This document shows positions 25,184 through 32,702 of a stretch of 32,702 nt of DNA, one piece after another. Made by a program: the position numbers and the translations under genes. Positions within the stretch are counted from its first letter, which is position 1. The number at the start of each line of letters is the position of its first letter. The notes beneath the pieces were generated by a model that did no database searches, was not told the origin of the DNA, and saw only the letters and a program-made list of their open reading frames with translations. Source of the DNA: an uncultured Microthrixaceae bacterium (GTDB taxonomy: Bacteria; Actinomycetota; Acidimicrobiia; Acidimicrobiales; Microtrichaceae); assembly GCA_964454385.1 (NCBI GenBank), contig CAYVYG010000001.1, forward strand, positions 1-32,702, in the 5' to 3' direction.

Positions 25184-25920
25184 TCGCCCAGCGGTGGTAG
25201 CTGCACCCCGCTCCACGGCGGCAGACCGCCCTGGTGGGTCGGCTGCGGTCGTGGGACCTCCCGATGATGACCCTGTTCGCCGGGGCCGGGGTGCCCGCGG
25301 AGGCCTGTGGCACTCGTCCGATCCGACATCACCTTCTCGGCGCGGGCTTTCGCGCGCTCGCGCTCGACCCGGCCCCAATCGCCGTAGCGGCTGGGTCCGA
25401 AGGCGAGCACCGGGAGGAAGACCATCGGCAGGAACACGAGCCCCAACCGGAAACCGATCCCGAAGCCGAACGCGTCCCCTAGGTCGAACATCCCCACCAG
25501 GTAGAGCGGCACACCCAACAACACCACCACGGTCCAGCATCCGAGCGCGAACAGCGCGAGCGAGTCGGGGAGCTCCTCGACCGCAGAGGCCTGCATCGCC
25601 CAGATCACCGCGACGAGTTGCGGAAGGAAGCCGAGCACCACCGGAAGCACCCACCACCACGGCCTGCCGATGATCGACACAAACGTCGATGTGACAGCCA
25701 CCGAGACGACCAGCGAGAAGCCGAGCAGCATCAGCACGAGCCAGGGGTCGGGATCGGTCAACCAGGGCCACAGTGCGGTCTGCAGCGGACCCCAGATGAG
25801 CAGGATCCCCGAGCGCCGGGCCTTGTTGAACACCCGCCACCACGACAGCGCGACCAGCAGCGTCGCAACGCAGAGCACCACGTAGGCGGCGACGGCCAGT
25901 TGCATCTCGGTCGTGTCCAC
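25144..25920 (-). CDS. Membrane protein, DUF5684-like, with Pro-rich C-terminal tail
   Basis: 258 aa (GTG 25920; ATG 25905 is an alternative). WWRVFNKARRSG...IIGRPWWWVL resembles the DUF5684 signature. About 5 hydrophobic segments. The 3' end overlaps the convergent RDD gene by 40 nt. Confidence 0.5.
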   Translation of the reverse strand: MDTTEMQLAVAAYVVLCVATLLVALSWWRVFNKARRSGILLIWGPLQTALWPWLTDPDPWLVLMLLGFSLVVSVAVTSTFVSIIGRPWWWVLPVVLGFLPQLVAVIWAMQASAVEELPDSLALFALGCWTVVVLLGVPLYLVGMFDLGDAFGFGIGFRLGLVFLPMVFLPVLAFGPSRYGDWGRVERERAKARAEKVMSDRTSATGLRGHPGPGEQGHHREVPRPQPTHQGGLPPWSGVQLPPLGDQPAPVDPDHRGA

Positions 25921-25980
25921 GGTCCGAGGATACGGCTCAGACGGGGGAAGAATCCGGCACTCTGGGAACGGTCGGAGCCC

Positions 25981-26889
25981 TCAGCCCCACTGCTTCCCGC
26001 ACAGCGGATCGGGTGCATCGCCGTACTGGGTGCACAGCCTGCGGACCTCCGACCGTGCACGCAGTAGTCGGCCCGCCGCTGCGCGGAAGGCGGTGTCGTC
26101 GCTCTGATCCGCTGCGGCGAGCATCTGGTTGACCTCGTCGGCCTGCAGGATCATGAGCGTCATGAACGAGTCGGGAACCTCGGCGCTGGGAGCACCGTCG
26201 AGCACCCGTGTGACACCGAGGACCGCGCCGAGGTACTCCCGTAGCATCGGGCGCTGCGCCGCGAGATCCACCGCAGCATCCGAGTCGAGCGACTGCTGCA
26301 ACGCTGAGAAGGGTTCGACGACCGCAGAGATCCGGTCAGCCTGGGCGTCGAGCGCCGACTCGTTGTCGTCGAGCCACTCTGCGAACGCCTCCTCGTGGGC
26401 TCTCTCGAGCTCGTCGAAGCGCTCGTCGAGGGTGGCCTCCGGATCGCTGGAATCACCGGGATCGCCGGAATCGGCATCATCCGAGGCAGTCGGATCACCG
26501 GGAGTGCCGTCGCTGTCGGAACCGGCCCCCGAGGCGTCGCTCAGCGAGCTGTACACGCGGTCCCACGCGTCGGCGATCGGATCGCGTGCGAACCATGCCG
26601 TTGCTGCCAGCACGATCAAGACGGTCAGGACAACCACGCGCTTGATCCAGGGCTGCTCGCGCCGGGTGGTCACCGCACCGGTGGCCGGTGCGGTGGGGGT
26701 GGCGGTGTTGTAGGTGCCCCAGGTGTCGTTGAGCGGGTTGCCGAACTGCGCGTAGGGGTCCGGCCTCGGCGCGGGCCGATCCTCGGAGGAGGCCCGGCCC
26801 TCGGAGGAGGCCCGGCCCTCGGAGGCGGGCAGGTCCTCGGAGGCGGGCGATCCGGTGGCGGCGCCCTGTTGTGGATCCTCTTGGGTCAT
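25981..26889 (-). CDS. Hypothetical single-pass membrane protein with acidic extracytoplasmic domain
   Basis: 302 aa from ATG 26889 (MTQEDPQQG...). Ser/Glu/Gly repeat N-terminus, TM VVVLTVLIVLAATAW, an Asp/Ser-rich linker, a helical C-terminal domain and two terminal Cys. No family recognised. Confidence 0.45.
   Translation of the reverse strand: MTQEDPQQGAATGSPASEDLPASEGRASSEGRASSEDRPAPRPDPYAQFGNPLNDTWGTYNTATPTAPATGAVTTRREQPWIKRVVVLTVLIVLAATAWFARDPIADAWDRVYSSLSDASGAGSDSDGTPGDPTASDDADSGDPGDSSDPEATLDERFDELERAHEEAFAEWLDDNESALDAQADRISAVVEPFSALQQSLDSDAAVDLAAQRPMLREYLGAVLGVTRVLDGAPSAEVPDSFMTLMILQADEVNQMLAAADQSDDTAFRAAAGRLLRARSEVRRLCTQYGDAPDPLCGKQWG
26781..26852. repeat. In-frame 18-bp tandem repeat x4 (2 x CCTCGGAGGAGGCCCGGC, 2 x CCTCGGAGGCGGGC-NNNN)
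   Basis: Units at 26781, 26799, 26817 and 26835. On the minus strand they encode PASEGRASSEGRASSE-type hexapeptides. Confidence 0.95.
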
Positions 26890-27113
26890 GTGCCAGCCGG
26901 TGCAACTCCACCCGCGGGCCGTCGCCGGCTCGGCACCCGAGGCTCCGTCGCAGCGCGCCGGACCATGAAATGGTGCCATCGCCGGGGGAGTTATGACAAC
27001 GCCGCCGGGTGTTCACCAAGGGCGCAGCGCCGCCGTTGCCCGCGACAGGTGCGAACGCCGCCGCTGCCGGCGGAAGGTGGCCGGGTCGTAGCATCCGGAT
27101 CGTGAAGCCGAGC

Positions 27114-28346
27114 ATGCGTGGTGGAATCGAGCGGTTCGTCTACATGGACCACGCCGCCACCACAGCGCTGTGCGAGCCGGCTCGGGTGGCCATGGCGCCC
27201 TTCATGGCTCCCGCGACGGACCCGGGTGCGCGCTTCGGCAACCCATCGGGGTCGCACGCGGTGGCGCGTGACGCGCTGCGGGCGATCGACGAAGCGCGTG
27301 AGCACGTGGCCGAGGTGCTCGGCTGTCGGCCCGCCGAAGTGGTTTTCACATCGGGCGGCACGGAGTCGGACAACCTCGCTCTCACCGGCGGGTTGCCTCC
27401 CCGTGACGGGGTCCCGGTCTGCAGTGCTGTCGAGCACCCCGCCGTGCTCGAGACGACCCGTGCGATCGGGGGCGAGGTCGTCGCGGTCGACCGCGCGGGA
27501 CGCGTCGAGGCGGGCGCGCTGGAGGACGCGCTCGTACGAATCGGCGATCACGACAGGGTGGCGGTCGTGTCGGTGATGACCGCCAACAACGAGCTGGGGT
27601 CCCTCAACGACCTCGAGGTGGTGGCGGAGATCGTCGGGCGCGTCGCGCCGGGCGCCCCGTTGCACACCGACGCGGTGCAGGCAGCACCCTGGCTCGACCT
27701 CCCGGTGGTCTCGCGCCCAGCGGACTTGGTGAGCGTCTCGGCCCACAAGCTCGGCGGTCCCAAGGGGGTCGGCGCGCTGGTGGTCCGGGAGTCGACCGCG
27801 GTCGCTCCGCTGTTGCACGGAGGGGGCCAGGAGCGCGGTCGTCGGGGGGGCACTCACAACGTGGCCGGCATCGTCGGGTTCGCAGCCGCCCTCTCGCACA
27901 CGGCGCTGGATCGGACCGGTCGTGTCGAGCGGGTGAGCGCGCTGCGTGACGACCTGGAGAGTCGCCTCGGGGCGCTCGAAGGGGTGACAGCGACCCTCGA
28001 AGGTACCGGTTCGGCGAGGCTCCCCGGCCACCTCCACCTGCTCGTGGAGGGCGCCTCGGGCGAGGAGCTTCTGTTGTTGTTGGAACAACGCGGCGTGTGC
28101 GCATCCGCAGCCTCGTCGTGCGCCTCGGGCGCCATCGGTGGATCCCACGTGCTGGGCGCCATCGGGATCGACGACCCCGATCTCGCGCCACTGCGGCTCA
28201 CCCTCGGAGCCGACTCGACCACGGCGGACGTGGATGCCACCGTGGAAGCCATGCAGTGGTCACTGCAACGAGCACGGGGCGCCGGGTCGCGAGGTACCAG
28301 CTCGCGGCGTGCCGGGTCACACGATCGAGGAGGTGTCGGCTCGTGA
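27114..28346 (+). CDS. iscS: Cysteine desulfurase (IscS/NifS class)
   Basis: YMDHAATT, FTSGGTESDN, PLP-Lys SAHKLGGPKG, GGGQERGRRGGT and the catalytic Cys in SSCASG. Start is ATG 27114 (GTG 27102 is possible). Confidence 0.9.
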   Translation: MRGGIERFVYMDHAATTALCEPARVAMAPFMAPATDPGARFGNPSGSHAVARDALRAIDEAREHVAEVLGCRPAEVVFTSGGTESDNLALTGGLPPRDGVPVCSAVEHPAVLETTRAIGGEVVAVDRAGRVEAGALEDALVRIGDHDRVAVVSVMTANNELGSLNDLEVVAEIVGRVAPGAPLHTDAVQAAPWLDLPVVSRPADLVSVSAHKLGGPKGVGALVVRESTAVAPLLHGGGQERGRRGGTHNVAGIVGFAAALSHTALDRTGRVERVSALRDDLESRLGALEGVTATLEGTGSARLPGHLHLLVEGASGEELLLLLEQRGVCASAASSCASGAIGGSHVLGAIGIDDPDLAPLRLTLGADSTTADVDATVEAMQWSLQRARGAGSRGTSSRRAGSHDRGGVGS

Positions 28347-29419
28347 GGGTGCTGGTCGCGCTCTCGGGCGGTGTCGATTCGTCGGTCGCGGCCGCGCTGC
28401 TGGTCGAAGCCGGCCACGAGGTGGTGGGCGCGACCATGAAGCTGTGGGGAGGTGACAGCGACACCGGATGCTGCTCGGTCAGCGACACCGAGGACGCACG
28501 TCGGGCCGCGGCGCAGGTCGGCATAGACCATCACGTGTTCAACTACACCGAGGAGTTCCAGACCCGGGTGGTCGACCCATATGTCGCCGATCACGCCGAG
28601 GGGCGCACTCCCAATCCCTGCGTGGACTGCAACCGCCACCTCAAGTTCGACGCCCTGTTGGAACGAGCGGAGCTGCTCGGCTTCGACGCCGTTGCGACCG
28701 GCCACCACGCGCGGATCGTCACCGCGGCCGACGGGACGCTGCGCATCGCACGGGGGACTGATCGCGCGAAGGACCAGTCATATGTGCTGTATCCCCTCGC
28801 CGGTGGACCGCTCGACCGGATCATGTTCCCGATCGGTGGTCTCCACAAGGCCGAGGTGCGCGAGCTCGCCACCTCGATGGGGCTGCGCACAGCGGCCAAA
28901 CCCGACAGCCAGGATGTCTGTTTCATAACCCGGGCCGACGGTCGCAGGGCGTTCCTGGCCGAGCGTGTGACGCTGCACCCCGGGGTGGTCCTCGACGGTG
29001 AGGGGCGCCGGGTGGGCGAGGTCGATGCGGTGGAGCTGGTCACCGTCGGTCAGCGTCGGGGCCTGAACCTCGCAGGTGGGGCGCGCCGGCGGTTCGTGAC
29101 CAGGGTCGATGTGGCTTCGCGCACCGTCACCGTCGGTGGGTCCGAGGAGCTGCTCGCCGGCTCGCTGTCACTGGGTCAGCTGAGTGGAGCGGCTCCGTTG
29201 CGTACCGGCACCGTGGTCCACGCGCAGAGCTCCGCTCACGGGCGCGCACCGCTGGCGACCGTTGTCAGCGCCGACGCTGACGGTGACCGGGTGGAGATCC
29301 GCTGGAACGATCCGCAAAGAGCTGTCGCAGCCGGTCAGAGCGTGGTGCTCTATGACCACGACACGGTCCTCGCCGGTGGCATCGCGCTGGCGGACGAGCC
29401 GGGCTCTGTCGCCGGCTGA
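28343..29419 (+). CDS. mnmA: tRNA-specific 2-thiouridylase
   Basis: 358 aa. GTGA start/stop overlap with iscS and GAGGAGG at 28327-28333. PP-loop VLVALSGGVDSSVAA, CCSVSD, NPCVDCNRHLKF, ATGHHAR and KDQSYVL. Confidence 0.95.
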   Translation: MRVLVALSGGVDSSVAAALLVEAGHEVVGATMKLWGGDSDTGCCSVSDTEDARRAAAQVGIDHHVFNYTEEFQTRVVDPYVADHAEGRTPNPCVDCNRHLKFDALLERAELLGFDAVATGHHARIVTAADGTLRIARGTDRAKDQSYVLYPLAGGPLDRIMFPIGGLHKAEVRELATSMGLRTAAKPDSQDVCFITRADGRRAFLAERVTLHPGVVLDGEGRRVGEVDAVELVTVGQRRGLNLAGGARRRFVTRVDVASRTVTVGGSEELLAGSLSLGQLSGAAPLRTGTVVHAQSSAHGRAPLATVVSADADGDRVEIRWNDPQRAVAAGQSVVLYDHDTVLAGGIALADEPGSVAG

Positions 29420-29430
29420 GCACGCTCAGC
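29415..29430. repeat. Perfect inverted repeat GCTGAGC-AC-GCTCAGC containing both convergent stop codons
   Basis: TGA of mnmA (29417-29419) and TCA (the stop of the minus-strand gene, 29426-29428) lie in opposite arms. A role as a short bidirectional terminator stem is speculative. Confidence 0.6.
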
Positions 29431-30325
29431 CACGGTCGACGGGCAGGGAACGGCCCTGCGCGTGATCGAGGACCGTGCCGGGGCGGCTGGGGACCACCAG
29501 CACCGAGTCGACGCTGCGTGGATCCTTCACCCTGTCACGACCGATCGCGGGCACGAGCTCCACCTCCTCGGACAGAGCGAGCTCGATGACGAGGCCGGGC
29601 GCGCCGACGCTGAGATCGAGCGCTTCCGAACCGACGTGCGCCGGACCTATCCGGCGCATCGATCGGCGCGCGAACAACACGGGTTCGGCGAGCGCCATGT
29701 CGTCGACCAGGGTCACGCCCGCTGGCACGAACACCAGCCAGCGTCGCGCCAGGCGCCAGGTTGCGAACGCTCCCCACCAGGCGGTCGCGATCCCCACGAG
29801 CACCAGTGGGACACCCGCCACCAGGACATCTCCCGCTACCAGCAGCACACCCGAGACCACAGGAACGACGGTCAACACCCAGGCGAGAGGCAACGGGCCG
29901 AGCAGCAGGGCTCCCGGTGCCCGCAGGGCGAAGCGCCGCTCGTCGCCGTAGGAGGCCCCGTCGACGAACCAGTCGCCCACGGGCGCCGACATGGCCGCCA
30001 CGGTCACCAGCGCACCGACCGCCACGCCGACCCACCCGGCGACTCCAGGCGCGCTCACCGCAGCGCAGCACAGAGCGGCAACGGGCGCGAGAGGTGTGAG
30101 CATCCGCAGCGCCGTGAGTGTGGAGGGCAGCGGGACCAGCGAGACCAGGAACGTGGTCGCCCAGATCACCCAGAAGATCGCCTGTGCACTGAGCCCGACC
30201 GCTCGTGGCGCTCCGTCGGTGGCCCCGATGATCGCCTCGAGCACCGTGAAGGGCATCGCCAGCCACAGCACGCGCACGATCCAGACGATCACCGGAGCGC
30301 CCAGAGGTCCTTGCCGGTCCATCAC
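29426..30325 (-). CDS. Hypothetical polytopic membrane protein with C-terminal soluble domain
   Basis: 299 aa. About 6 hydrophobic segments, then ~100 aa soluble (WLVFVPAGVTLVDDMALAEPVLF...). No family recognised. Start GTG 30325 or ATG 30322. Confidence 0.5.
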   Translation of the reverse strand: MMDRQGPLGAPVIVWIVRVLWLAMPFTVLEAIIGATDGAPRAVGLSAQAIFWVIWATTFLVSLVPLPSTLTALRMLTPLAPVAALCCAAVSAPGVAGWVGVAVGALVTVAAMSAPVGDWFVDGASYGDERRFALRAPGALLLGPLPLAWVLTVVPVVSGVLLVAGDVLVAGVPLVLVGIATAWWGAFATWRLARRWLVFVPAGVTLVDDMALAEPVLFARRSMRRIGPAHVGSEALDLSVGAPGLVIELALSEEVELVPAIGRDRVKDPRSVDSVLVVPSRPGTVLDHAQGRSLPVDRG

Positions 30326-30480
30326 AGGGGCTCGACGGTGGGCGCCGACACGACCGGGTCGGGTCCGGAGACCCGGGGCCGAGCATCGACAGGGAACGGT
30401 TTCAAACCAGCGGCGGATCCGGGGGGAGCTGACACCCCATCAGTTTGCGCCCTCGGCGCAGCGACCGCTAACAACTGCAC

Positions 30481-32702
<2,222 letters not shown>

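Noticed and set aside
30354-30376. GGGTCCGGAGACCC hairpin whose core GTCCGGAGACC resembles the cobalamin-riboswitch B12 box, upstream of a MetE-like gene. There is also an AGGGAAC...GCTGACACCCC stretch at about 30389-30440.
   Set aside because: The elements are in the wrong order (the B12-box-like element lies 5' of the GGGAA-like element). The conserved GGTG-AA-TCC, CCCGCAACTGT and CCACTG-GGGAAGG blocks are not convincingly present. The downstream gene is only a distant MetE-like protein. A covariance-model scan (Rfam RF00174) would settle it.

Overview
Very high-GC (by eye about 70%, not computed), densely coding chromosomal segment of actinobacterial type with about 31 protein genes. I found no rRNA, tRNA, CRISPR array, transposase, integrase or phage genes. 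All family names come from motif recognition by eye, not from searches.

Gene order:
- Partial J-domain protein, COG3571-type alpha/beta hydrolase, and an MFS transporter (-).
- A tightly packed murA / NifU-like / meaB-like GTPase / minimal kinase-like operon.
- cysK-cysE, an enoyl-CoA hydratase, and glgP (-).
- A secreted PD40/TolB-like protein, maltokinase, and a rhomboid protease.
- An SRPBCC protein (-), a TesB-like thioesterase, and a SAM methyltransferase (-).
- A seven-gene MoxR AAA+/DUF58 membrane module (about 18.07-25.18 kb).
- Two membrane proteins (-), iscS-mnmA, and a polytopic membrane protein (-).
- A MetE-like/UROD-fold protein and the 5' part of ligA. The ligA frame runs off the window, so it is missing from the ORF track.

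Many long ORFs in the track are high-GC antisense or over-extended artefacts, and starts were re-picked from homologue N-termini.

The best candidate for an uncharacterised system is the translationally coupled MoxR/DUF58/DUF4350/DUF4129/membrane-protein cluster with its SpoIIM-like and RDD partners.

Other observations:
- Five short tandem-repeat loci. Two of them duplicate a gene's stop codon and two are in frame inside genes.
- A palindrome, promoter and direct-repeat architecture upstream of cysK.
- MurA carries Asp at the fosfomycin-target Cys position.
- CysE has a roughly 100-aa tail ending in Ile.
- A non-RD stand-alone kinase-like gene.
- Several divergent gene pairs have start codons only 9-48 bp apart, which suggests leaderless transcription.
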